Assembly: GCA_002840935.1 (NCBI GenBank)
Contig: PHDH01000001.1
Span: 1-54,038, forward strand
Length of the DNA: 54,038 nt
From: Bacteroidetes bacterium HGW-Bacteroidetes-21
GTDB taxonomy: Bacteria > Bacteroidota > Bacteroidia > Bacteroidales > GWA2-32-17
Direction: 5' to 3'
Part shown: one piece after another, positions 38,668 through 47,565 of the stretch
How positions within the stretch are numbered: position 1 is the stretch's first letter
Layout of the letters: every line of letters starts with the position of its first letter
Translations under genes and position numbers: made by a program
Notes under the pieces: generated by a model
What the model was told of the DNA's origin: nothing
The model's database searches: none
Seen by the model: only the letters and a program-made list of their open reading frames with translations

Positions 38668-38675
38668 AGGAATTT

Positions 38676-39736
38676 ATGAAAATTAAACAAATCGACAAGT
38701 CAACATCATCAATAATTGATTTTTTCAGAGGATTTTCTGCACAGATCGTGGTTATTGGTCATTTAATCTCTTTTTATGGAGTTCAGGCAAAGTATCATAT
38801 TCCGATTATCCAAAACTTTGGTGTTTTAGTTTTTTTGTATTATCTGGATTTCTCATAACTCAAACTTCATTATTAAAGGGTGAAAAATACAATTTTAAAG
38901 GTTTTATTATTGATCGTTTTTCACGTATTTATTCAACTTTTATCCCAGCATTAGTTTTAATAATTGCAATTGATTTAATTTTAATATATTATTTAAAAGA
39001 ATATAACCCGAATTACAAGTTTAATATTCAAAATATTATTTCAAATATATTTATGCTTCAGGGATTTCCATATTCGTATAATATAGGTATCGGGTCGCTT
39101 GGGTCTGCCAGGCCCTTGTGGACCGTATCAATAGAGTGGTGGATATATATATTATTTGGGATTCTATTATTTTTTAGAAAAATTAAAATAAATCCACTTA
39201 TAATATTCATTTTTGTAATAAGTTTTATTATTTCCTTTTACAACATTGGAGGCAGAGGCAGCAGCTTAACAATATATTGGATAATAGGAGTTTTGCTGGC
39301 AATATTATATAATCTGACAGAAGTGCGCTTAAAAATAAGTGTCTTTATTCCGATATTTTTATTTATTATATCAGCATTCTTATACAGAATATACGTTTTC
39401 CAGCAATATGAAATGTATGATGTCGGATTAGCATTTTTATTATTTGTAATATTATATTTATTGATTAATTCACCTAAAGAGATCAGTAATTTGTTTAGCA
39501 GTAAATTATTTTCATCTGTTTCAAAGTTTTTAGCTTCATTTTCATATTCACTTTATTTAGTCCATTATTCTATTATTGTGATTATAAGGGTTTATTATAA
39601 GGAAGATTTTGATTATTATGCAATATTATTTATTTTTATTATATGTAATATTTCTGCTTATATATTTTACTTATTCTTCGAAAAAAATCACTATAAATTT
39701 AAATACTGGTTTAAATCATTTATCCATGCAGATTAA
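38676..39736 (+). pseudogene. Acyltransferase-3 (OafA-like O-acyltransferase) interrupted by a -1 frameshift in a T7 tract
   Basis: The first frame (38676..38858) reads ...IDFFRGFSAQIVVIGH...GVLVFLYYLDFS*. From 38837 a second frame reads VLSGFLITQ...DRFSRIY...LWTVSIEWWIY and runs on to 39736. One extra T in the run 38830-38836 would give the family-typical GVLVFFVLSGFLIT. Confidence 0.75.
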
Positions 39737-40454
39737 AACACTTATTACGATTTGTGCACGTGGCGGTTCCAAAGGAATACCGGGTAAGAATATCCGACAA
39801 TTGAACGGCAAACCTTTAATTGATTATACTATAAGTGTTGCAAAACAGTTTCAACATAAGTTCGGAAATGTTGATATAGTATTGTCAACCGATTCACTAG
39901 AAATAAAACAGGTTGCTGAAAGGTGTGGTTTAAAATCAGACTATACAAGGCCAGAAAAATTAGCAAGTGATTCTGCCGGCAAAATAGATACTATTGCTGA
40001 TGTTCTTTTATGGCATGAAAATTTACAATCTTGCAAATATGATTATATTCTTGACCTGGACGTTACTTCTCCTTTACGCAATCTGCAGGATCTGACTGAC
40101 GCTTTTGTATTAATTCAGAAAAACGACAAAGCAGTTAATCTGTTTTCTGTAAATCCTGCCGGTAGAAGTCCTTATTTTAATATGGTCGAACAAAAAGATA
40201 ATGGCTTTTTTGCGCAAGTTAAGAAACCTGAAGGTACTGTTTTAACAAGACAGTCAGCACCTGAAGTATATGATATGAATGCTTCATTTTATTTTTATAA
40301 AAGAGAATTCTTTGAAAAGGGATATAAAGGAGCAATAACAGACAGATCTGTTATTTATATTGTTCCTCATACATGCTTTGATCTGGATAACACTATAGAT
40401 TTTGAATTCGTTTCCTATTTAATGGAAAATAATAAACTTGATTTTTCTTTATGA
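39726..40454 (+). CDS. Acylneuraminate cytidylyltransferase-family (CMP-ulosonic acid synthetase) protein
   Basis: The start MQIKTLITICARGGSKGIPGKN matches the CTP_transf_3 N-terminal motif. The ATG at 39726 is preferred to 39609, whose extension is the acyltransferase read in another frame. Confidence 0.8.
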   Translation: MQIKTLITICARGGSKGIPGKNIRQLNGKPLIDYTISVAKQFQHKFGNVDIVLSTDSLEIKQVAERCGLKSDYTRPEKLASDSAGKIDTIADVLLWHENLQSCKYDYILDLDVTSPLRNLQDLTDAFVLIQKNDKAVNLFSVNPAGRSPYFNMVEQKDNGFFAQVKKPEGTVLTRQSAPEVYDMNASFYFYKREFFEKGYKGAITDRSVIYIVPHTCFDLDNTIDFEFVSYLMENNKLDFSL

Positions 40455-41356
40455 AAGTTCTGATTGTCGGATATGGCTCTATTGCAAAGAAACATTATTC
40501 TGCATTAAAAAAGACTGATGAGTCGTGCAAAATAATTGCTTTAATTTTAAAAACGGACATCCAGACTAATGAAGAAATAAAAAATATTTATTCATGGAAT
40601 GATGTACCCGCTGACATTGATTTTATTATTATTTCTAATCCCACAAGCGAACATCTCCTATCAATAAATGAAGCCGTTAAATTAAATAAGCCTTTGTTTA
40701 TCGAAAAGCCTTTGCACTTGTCACTAGATGTAAAAGATATAATTGAGACAATTAATAACAAGGGCATATTTACATATATAGCATGTAATCTAAGATTTCT
40801 AGAATGCATTCAATTCTTAAAAAACCAAATTCAGAAAAAGCGGTTGAACGAAATCAATGTTTATTGCGGATCGTATTTGCCAGACTGGAGGCCTAATGTT
40901 GATTTTAGGGAAAATTACTCCGCAATTCCTGAACTCGGCGGCGGTGTTCACATTGATCTGATTCACGAACTGGATTATCTCTATTGGCTGTTTGGCAGTC
41001 CCAGCAAGGTCTGTAGAAATTTTAGAAATAAATCAACTTTAAAGATTCCAGCTTTCGATTATGCAAATTATTTATTGGATTACGACGGATTCTGCGCAAA
41101 TGTTGTTTTAAACTATTACAGAAGAACTCCCAAACGAAGCATGGAACTTGTTTACGAAGATGAGACATGGGATATAGACCTACTGAAAAATCAGATAAAA
41201 TGTGATGATAAAATTCTATTTTCATCAGAAAATATTATTGCTGATACTTACCATGCCCAAATGCAGTATTTTATCGATTGCATTAAAAACAACAAAGAAT
41301 CAATGAACACAGTTAACGACGCATATAATGTTCTTAAAATTTGTTTTGAAAAATGA
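40451..41356 (+). CDS. Gfo/Idh/MocA-family oxidoreductase
   Basis: N-terminal Rossmann MKVLIVGYGSIAKKH and the 'LFIEKPL' motif. ATGA overlap with the upstream gene. Confidence 0.75.
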   Translation: MKVLIVGYGSIAKKHYSALKKTDESCKIIALILKTDIQTNEEIKNIYSWNDVPADIDFIIISNPTSEHLLSINEAVKLNKPLFIEKPLHLSLDVKDIIETINNKGIFTYIACNLRFLECIQFLKNQIQKKRLNEINVYCGSYLPDWRPNVDFRENYSAIPELGGGVHIDLIHELDYLYWLFGSPSKVCRNFRNKSTLKIPAFDYANYLLDYDGFCANVVLNYYRRTPKRSMELVYEDETWDIDLLKNQIKCDDKILFSSENIIADTYHAQMQYFIDCIKNNKESMNTVNDAYNVLKICFEK

Positions 41357-42090
41357 TTTTAAAAGACAAAGTAATTATTGTAACAGGCGGTTCCGGACTT
41401 ATCGGGAAAGAACTTATTTCTGATATTAACCTCAAAGGCGGCAAGGCTATAAATGCAGATATCGCAGCAGAAACCAATCTGAAGAAGATGATCATTAAAA
41501 TGGATATTACTGACGACAAATCTATACAAAACGGGATTGATCTTGTGGTTTCGGAATTCGGCCGTATTGACGGGCTGGTTAACAATGCTTACCCCCGAAC
41601 AAAAGACTGGGGAAACAAATTTGAAAATATTGATCCCGATTCATGGAGATCAAATATAAACATGCAATTGAACAGTTACTTCGTCTGCTGTCAGAAAGTA
41701 TTGAGAATAATGGAAAAACAGCAAAGAGGTGCAATTGTTAATATTGCATCTATATACGGAGTGGTTGGTAACGACTTCACATTGTACGAAGAATATGGAG
41801 GAACTTCTCCTGCTGCTTATTCAGCGATAAAAGGAGGATTAATAAACTTCACCCGCTACCTGGCATCGTACTATGGTCACGCTGGTATAAGAGTAAATTG
41901 TGTTTCCCCGGGAGGCATATACGACAACCAGCATCCTTCATTTGTTTCACGATATATAGCAAAAGTCCCTATGCGCCGGTTAGGGAAGCCTGATGACATT
42001 GCACCTGTTGTTTCCTTTATGTTATCTGACGAATCAAAATATATCACTGGTCAAAATATTATTGTTGATGGAGGCTGGACAGCAATATAA
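41353..42090 (+). CDS. Short-chain dehydrogenase/reductase (classical SDR)
   Basis: TGGSGLIG (TGxxxGxG), NNA and YSAIKGG (YxxxK). ATGA overlap with the upstream gene. Confidence 0.8.
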   Translation: MILKDKVIIVTGGSGLIGKELISDINLKGGKAINADIAAETNLKKMIIKMDITDDKSIQNGIDLVVSEFGRIDGLVNNAYPRTKDWGNKFENIDPDSWRSNINMQLNSYFVCCQKVLRIMEKQQRGAIVNIASIYGVVGNDFTLYEEYGGTSPAAYSAIKGGLINFTRYLASYYGHAGIRVNCVSPGGIYDNQHPSFVSRYIAKVPMRRLGKPDDIAPVVSFMLSDESKYITGQNIIVDGGWTAI

Positions 42091-42130
42091 TCCTAAAACA
42101 AATAAAACTAATTTGATTAAATTTCATGAA

Positions 42131-43438
42131 ATGGAAAAAGAATATAATCTTTTTTCGTTGAGAAGTAAAGATGGCTTTCCTATTTGGGATATTATTCGAT
42201 ATAATGCTTATTTTCAATTAATAGAGAAACAAAACGTTGAAAAAAATAAAGTCACGAATTCCAAAAAAAACATTAAATTCTTTTTAAAGGTTATAGCATC
42301 TTTCATTAAATTATTATTTCCCTTTAAAGAAAATTTATTCTTTTTAACATCTAGAAATAATGACAATAACAGTAAGATGTTCGACCAAAATGCAGATACG
42401 GCTATTCATTTATTTGAAAAATCAAAGTGCATTATTATTGAATCATTCTTCCCTAACAAGACATACAAGTATTCAAATTACAAAACAATTCATATTTCTG
42501 CAATCCTTTTCTTAACTAAATTCTTTAAAGTAGGTGAAATAGAATTAGGCGCTTTCAACCAGATAAAACATTCTCTAGAAAATACTTTCTGTGATAAAAC
42601 TATTTCAATTGATTTTTTAATTAATGTGTTCACAAAATTCCAAAAAACATATTCTCTTTATAATATTATTTTTAAACTAAATAAGGGTCGTATTAAAAGA
42701 TTATTTATTGTTCAAAATGGAATTCAAAAAGCTTTATTTTATGCAGCTAAAAAAAATGGCATTAGGATTTTTGAATTTCAACATGGGATAATTGATTCAA
42801 CACATATGAATTACAGCTATAATCCGAACATAGGATACAATGATTCTAATGTAATAGTACCTAATGTTTTATTTACTTTTAGTGATTTTTGGGAGAGTAC
42901 CTTTTTTAACCCCACTAAATGTATTCCTTGTGGAAATGATTCTATTTATAAAAAAATAGCAAGTAAAGGAGAAGATGCTCTAACAGTTATTTCTACAGTT
43001 GTTCATGATAATGAATTAAGAAAATTATCATTAGAAATAGCTAATAAAATGCCTAATTTACAAATCTATTATAAACTACATCCTAATAATTATTACCAAT
43101 ATAATGAAATATTATTTTTTTTTCAAAGTCATAAAAACGTTAAAATAATTACAAATGAGTTTTCTGTACAACAATTAATCTCAAAATCGAAATCAATACT
43201 TGCAATCGTTTCAACTTCCGTATACGAAGCTCTTCATAATGACGTAAAAGCAATAATCTTAAAAAAAATAAACTATACAGCTCATAAAGATATATTCAAT
43301 TATCCCAATGTTTATTTAATCGATAATGTGGAAGAATTTCATCAAGCCTTTAATAGCCAAAATGTAGCTAATTCAAATGTTAAGGATGTCTTTTTTATGC
43401 CTTTTAATAAAGAATTATTCATACAAGCGATACAATAA
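42131..43438 (+). CDS. Uncharacterised protein, possible CMP-sugar (sialyl/Kdo-type) transferase
   Basis: No family confidently recognised. It contains 'FEFQHGII', 'YYKLHPNN' and 'ILAIVSTSVYEAL'. The ATG at 42131 is preferred to 41993, which overlaps the SDR gene. Confidence 0.35.
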   Translation: MEKEYNLFSLRSKDGFPIWDIIRYNAYFQLIEKQNVEKNKVTNSKKNIKFFLKVIASFIKLLFPFKENLFFLTSRNNDNNSKMFDQNADTAIHLFEKSKCIIIESFFPNKTYKYSNYKTIHISAILFLTKFFKVGEIELGAFNQIKHSLENTFCDKTISIDFLINVFTKFQKTYSLYNIIFKLNKGRIKRLFIVQNGIQKALFYAAKKNGIRIFEFQHGIIDSTHMNYSYNPNIGYNDSNVIVPNVLFTFSDFWESTFFNPTKCIPCGNDSIYKKIASKGEDALTVISTVVHDNELRKLSLEIANKMPNLQIYYKLHPNNYYQYNEILFFFQSHKNVKIITNEFSVQQLISKSKSILAIVSTSVYEALHNDVKAIILKKINYTAHKDIFNYPNVYLIDNVEEFHQAFNSQNVANSNVKDVFFMPFNKELFIQAIQ

Positions 43439-43448
43439 ATTATTTTAA

Positions 43449-44714
43449 TTGTCAGTGAGTGTTTTCAACAACAATCGAGTAGGCGAATTTGGAAAAACCT
43501 TATTAAGATTTGCTTCTTCTCAGGCAATTTCAAATTTATTGAGACTTATATCTGGTTTTATAGTAGTTAAATTTATAGACCCTGAGCTTTATGGACAATT
43601 TGCAGGTGTAGGTATCTTTATGGGATATATTTCATTAGGATCTGTTGGTATAATAAATGGGTTAAGCAGAGAACTGCCATATGAATTAGGGAGGGGGAAT
43701 AATGAATCTGCTAGGCAAATGGCATCATCCGTTTATGTTCTTTCAACTATTATAAGTATAACAGCATCAGTTGTTTTTTTATTTTTCTCAATATATTTTT
43801 TTATTTTGGGTAAAACTCTAACCGGTACTATATACCTTTCATATGTAATTATTAGTGGTTTATTTTTTTTTAATACACAATTTCTTCCAACATTATATAG
43901 AACAAATAAGGATTTTGATTCTCTTTCAAAACAAAACATTAGAGTTGGATTAGGGAACTTACTTACAGTTATTTTGGTATATTTTTTTAGTATCTATGGT
44001 TTAATAGCCAGAGGAATAATTCTTGCTGTTTATCAATTTGTATTACTAAACCATAATAAACCTTATAAATTAAATTTTATATATCATTTTAAACATTTCG
44101 TAAATCTTTTTAAAACAGGGTTTCCAATTTTTATTGTCGGACAAGTCAACCCATTATGGACAACAATAATTAATAGTTTTATTTTTTCTATAGGTGGGGC
44201 TTTAAATTTTGGGCTATATGCTTTAAGTACAATTGTTCAAAGCACTTTCGGTGTTATTCCTGCTTCGTTTGGAGGTGTTGTATATCCTCGAATGTCTATT
44301 ATGTATGGAGAGGGTAAATCTATAGCTCATATTATAAAAGCTCACGTTAAAACAACTGTTTTTCAATTCAGTTTTATGCTTGTTTTTGCAATTTTAGGTT
44401 TTTTTTTGTTGCCAATTTTAGTTCCATATATTCTACCTAAGTACACTAATGGTATAGAAGCAGCTCAATGGATGCTTTTTATACCGGTTGTTCAATCCAT
44501 AGGATTACTTAACCACATATATAATGTAATTAAGAAGCAGAAATGGTACTTCATATCGTTGCTTATAGGAGCTTCCGTTGGTTCCTTATTTGTTTTTTTA
44601 AATATCAGCATAAATGGTTTTAATTTAATTGTTTTTCCACAGGGATTATTAATTGGAATGTTTATACAACAAATATTAAGTTTGGTATTTATTAGATTTA
44701 TTATTTATAAATGA
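43449..44714 (+). CDS. wzx: Polysaccharide flippase (MOP/Wzx-like)
   Basis: 421-aa polytopic protein (~12 TM) within the glycan locus. TTG start. Confidence 0.6.
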   Translation: MSVSVFNNNRVGEFGKTLLRFASSQAISNLLRLISGFIVVKFIDPELYGQFAGVGIFMGYISLGSVGIINGLSRELPYELGRGNNESARQMASSVYVLSTIISITASVVFLFFSIYFFILGKTLTGTIYLSYVIISGLFFFNTQFLPTLYRTNKDFDSLSKQNIRVGLGNLLTVILVYFFSIYGLIARGIILAVYQFVLLNHNKPYKLNFIYHFKHFVNLFKTGFPIFIVGQVNPLWTTIINSFIFSIGGALNFGLYALSTIVQSTFGVIPASFGGVVYPRMSIMYGEGKSIAHIIKAHVKTTVFQFSFMLVFAILGFFLLPILVPYILPKYTNGIEAAQWMLFIPVVQSIGLLNHIYNVIKKQKWYFISLLIGASVGSLFVFLNISINGFNLIVFPQGLLIGMFIQQILSLVFIRFIIYK

Positions 44715-44817
44715 GAAACCAATTTTTCCCTTTTGTAGGTAAATTAATCTATTGGAATGCTTATTTTACAATTAAAAAATACTTTGATAGTATTGTTTAC
44801 AATTAAAAAATTAACAT

Positions 44818-45429
44818 ATGCGCCCAATTAAAAATTACTTTAAATTTGGTTATCGTTATATTTGGTGGATTATTTTTCGAACAAGATTTAAAAAACTAGG
44901 AAAGAATTCATTCATTTATAATCCAATTCTAATTACGCCTTCTTATATTTATTGCGGTAAGAATGTTAAAGTTTTTAAATCATGTAGAATTCAGGGCATT
45001 ACAAAATACAACAACACGTATTTTTCACCAACAATCAGATTAGAAGATAATGTTTCAATACAGCAGAATCTTCACTTAACATGTGCAAACTCAATAGTAA
45101 TTGGAGAAAATACTGCAATTGCTTCAAATGTGACTATAACAGATATTCATCATCCTTATGAAAACATAAATATTCCAATTGAAAAACAAGATATTGAAGT
45201 AAAAGATGTAACAATCGGTAAAAACTGTAAAATTTATAACAATGCTGTTATATTACCTGGTGTTCATATTGGCAATCATGTTACAATAGGTGCAAATTCT
45301 GTCGTTACTAGAGATGTTCCTGATTTTTGTGTTGCAACAGGCGCACCCGCAAAAATTTTCAAAAAATATAATATTGAAACCAAACAATGGGGAAAAACAA
45401 ATCCCGATGGATCATTCATAACAATTTAA
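44818..45429 (+). CDS. Hexapeptide-repeat (left-handed beta-helix) O-acetyltransferase
   Basis: Hexapeptide runs 'IGENTAIASNVTITD' and 'IGKNCKIYNNAVILPGVHIGNHVTIGANSVV'. Confidence 0.75.
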   Translation: MRPIKNYFKFGYRYIWWIIFRTRFKKLGKNSFIYNPILITPSYIYCGKNVKVFKSCRIQGITKYNNTYFSPTIRLEDNVSIQQNLHLTCANSIVIGENTAIASNVTITDIHHPYENINIPIEKQDIEVKDVTIGKNCKIYNNAVILPGVHIGNHVTIGANSVVTRDVPDFCVATGAPAKIFKKYNIETKQWGKTNPDGSFITI

Positions 45430-45430
45430 C

Positions 45431-46567
45431 ATGAAACACATTTTAATTACTGGTGGCGCAGGATTTATTGGTTCTAATTTGGCTTTAAAGCTTGCATCTG
45501 AAGGTTACAGTGTAAGAGTGATTGATAATCTTTCTAAACAAATTCATGGCAATCATCCTGAAACAACATCGCCACTTTATCAGTCAATTATAGATAAAGT
45601 AGATTTTATTAAAGGTGATGTTACCAAAAAAAGTGATATTGAAAAGGCCATTTATGGACAAGATGCCATCGTACACCTGGCCGCAGAAACTGGCACAGGT
45701 CAGTCTATGTACGAAATAAAGAAGTACTGCGATGTTAATATTGGTGGAACAGCCATGTTATTAGATGTAATAACAAATAATAAACATCATTTAAAAAAAC
45801 TAATAGTTGCTTCGTCAAGAGCAATATACGGTGAAGGTAAATATAAATGCCTTAAGCATGGTATTGTTTATCCAGAAGTAAGAAATGATGATTATTTGAA
45901 AAGAGGTGATTTTGAGTGCAAATGTCCTTTTTGCAACAAAACAGTTCAACTTTTACCAACATCTGAGGATAGTATGATTCATCCAACGTCAATATATGGT
46001 ATTACTAAGCAAAATCAAGAGCAAATGGTCCTTACCATCGGGAAAACTATAGGTATCCCATCAGTTTCTTTTAGATATCAAAATGTTTATGGGCCAGGCC
46101 AGTCATTATCTAATCCATATACAGGTATTTTATCCATCTTCAGCACGCAAATTAGAAATGATCAAGACATAAATATTTTTGAAGATGGAAAAGAAAGTCG
46201 TGATTTTGTATATATAGATGATGTGGTAGATGCTACAATATTAGGATTGGAAAACGAAGCTGCTAATAACGAAGCATTTAATGTAGGAGCCGACAAACCT
46301 ATTGATGTAAATACTGTTGCTAGTACTTTAAAGAAAGAATTTAATGCTAATAATAATATTTTTGTTTCAGGGAATTATCGCGTAGGTGATATTAGACATA
46401 ATTATGCCGATTTGAGTAAAATAAGAATGAAGTTAGGTTATAATCCAAAATTTAATTTCAAACGTGGTATTTCAAAATTCTGTGAATGGGTGAAAAATCA
46501 AAATAGCGCAACAATCAATTATAAAGAGTCAATTAATGAATTAAAAGATCGAAACTTGTTTAAATAA
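45431..46567 (+). CDS. NAD-dependent epimerase/dehydratase (extended SDR) with a Cys-rich insert
   Basis: ITGGAGFIGSNL, ASSRAIYG and YGITK (YxxxK). A ~35-aa insert carries C-x2-H...C-x-C-x2-C. Confidence 0.8.
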   Translation: MKHILITGGAGFIGSNLALKLASEGYSVRVIDNLSKQIHGNHPETTSPLYQSIIDKVDFIKGDVTKKSDIEKAIYGQDAIVHLAAETGTGQSMYEIKKYCDVNIGGTAMLLDVITNNKHHLKKLIVASSRAIYGEGKYKCLKHGIVYPEVRNDDYLKRGDFECKCPFCNKTVQLLPTSEDSMIHPTSIYGITKQNQEQMVLTIGKTIGIPSVSFRYQNVYGPGQSLSNPYTGILSIFSTQIRNDQDINIFEDGKESRDFVYIDDVVDATILGLENEAANNEAFNVGADKPIDVNTVASTLKKEFNANNNIFVSGNYRVGDIRHNYADLSKIRMKLGYNPKFNFKRGISKFCEWVKNQNSATINYKESINELKDRNLFK

Positions 46568-47523
46568 TGAAGATTTTACAAAATAAAAAAATACTTTTCT
46601 TCTGCTATCCATTCAGAAAATACAATTTACACATTATTGATGAATTGAAAAAAATGGGTGCTGATGTAACCTATTTTTCGGATTCTCCAGATTATATGCT
46701 TTTTAGAAAAAGCCCTTCTTCTATAAAAAAGATTATTATTAATCTATATAATAAACATTTACTAAATGAAATTAGGGAAAAAAGATTCGATTTTGTTTTT
46801 GTAATTAAAGGAGAGTATTTATCAAATATCTTTCTCGAAAAAATTAGATTATTAAACCCTGATTCAAAATTCATTTTATACTTATGGGATTCATCAACAA
46901 ATTATAACTATTCTGATAAGCTAGTTTGTTTTGATCAAAAACTGTCTTTTGACCGACTTGACTGTGAAAAATATAAGGATCTAACTTATCTTCCATTATT
47001 TTATATTGATACTTTTAAAAAGAAAAAAACATATAATTTAATTTATGATTTATTCTCAATTGGTGGAGGTGTTTATTATAGGAAACCTATACTGAAAAAT
47101 TTAATTGCTAATCTAAATAATCCGGATATTAAATGCATGTTTTATCTATTATCTAAGAAGGATTTTATTCTAGGTTTTTTGAAAAAGGAAAAATATTTCA
47201 GGTATCTCTTTTTGCCTATTAGCCATAATAAATTTATTGAGAAATTATTCGAATCAACTGCAATTGTAGACATACAGCATGAAAAACAAGCCGGATTAAC
47301 AATGCGTACAATTGAAGTGTTAGCTTCAGGTAAAAAATTAATTACAACAAATAATCACATTAAAGAAGAATCCTTCTATAATGAGAATAATATTTGCGTT
47401 ATTAATAGAGAAAATCCCATTATTCCTGCCAACTTTCTAAAAAGAAAGATGACACCTGTGGATATGTCTAATTATACTCTTCATTCATTTTTAACAAACA
47501 TATTTTCTTTCCCAGAAGAATGA
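46567..47523 (+). CDS. Hypothetical protein, possible GT-B-like glycosyltransferase
   Basis: TAATG overlap with the upstream gene. The C-terminal 'GLTMRTIEVLASGKKLITTN' resembles the nucleotide-sugar-binding half of GT-B enzymes. Confidence 0.35.
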   Translation: MKILQNKKILFFCYPFRKYNLHIIDELKKMGADVTYFSDSPDYMLFRKSPSSIKKIIINLYNKHLLNEIREKRFDFVFVIKGEYLSNIFLEKIRLLNPDSKFILYLWDSSTNYNYSDKLVCFDQKLSFDRLDCEKYKDLTYLPLFYIDTFKKKKTYNLIYDLFSIGGGVYYRKPILKNLIANLNNPDIKCMFYLLSKKDFILGFLKKEKYFRYLFLPISHNKFIEKLFESTAIVDIQHEKQAGLTMRTIEVLASGKKLITTNNHIKEESFYNENNICVINRENPIIPANFLKRKMTPVDMSNYTLHSFLTNIFSFPEE

Positions 47524-47565
47524 TTCTTGTGTAGTTGCTAATTTACTATCTGATGATATATATCA

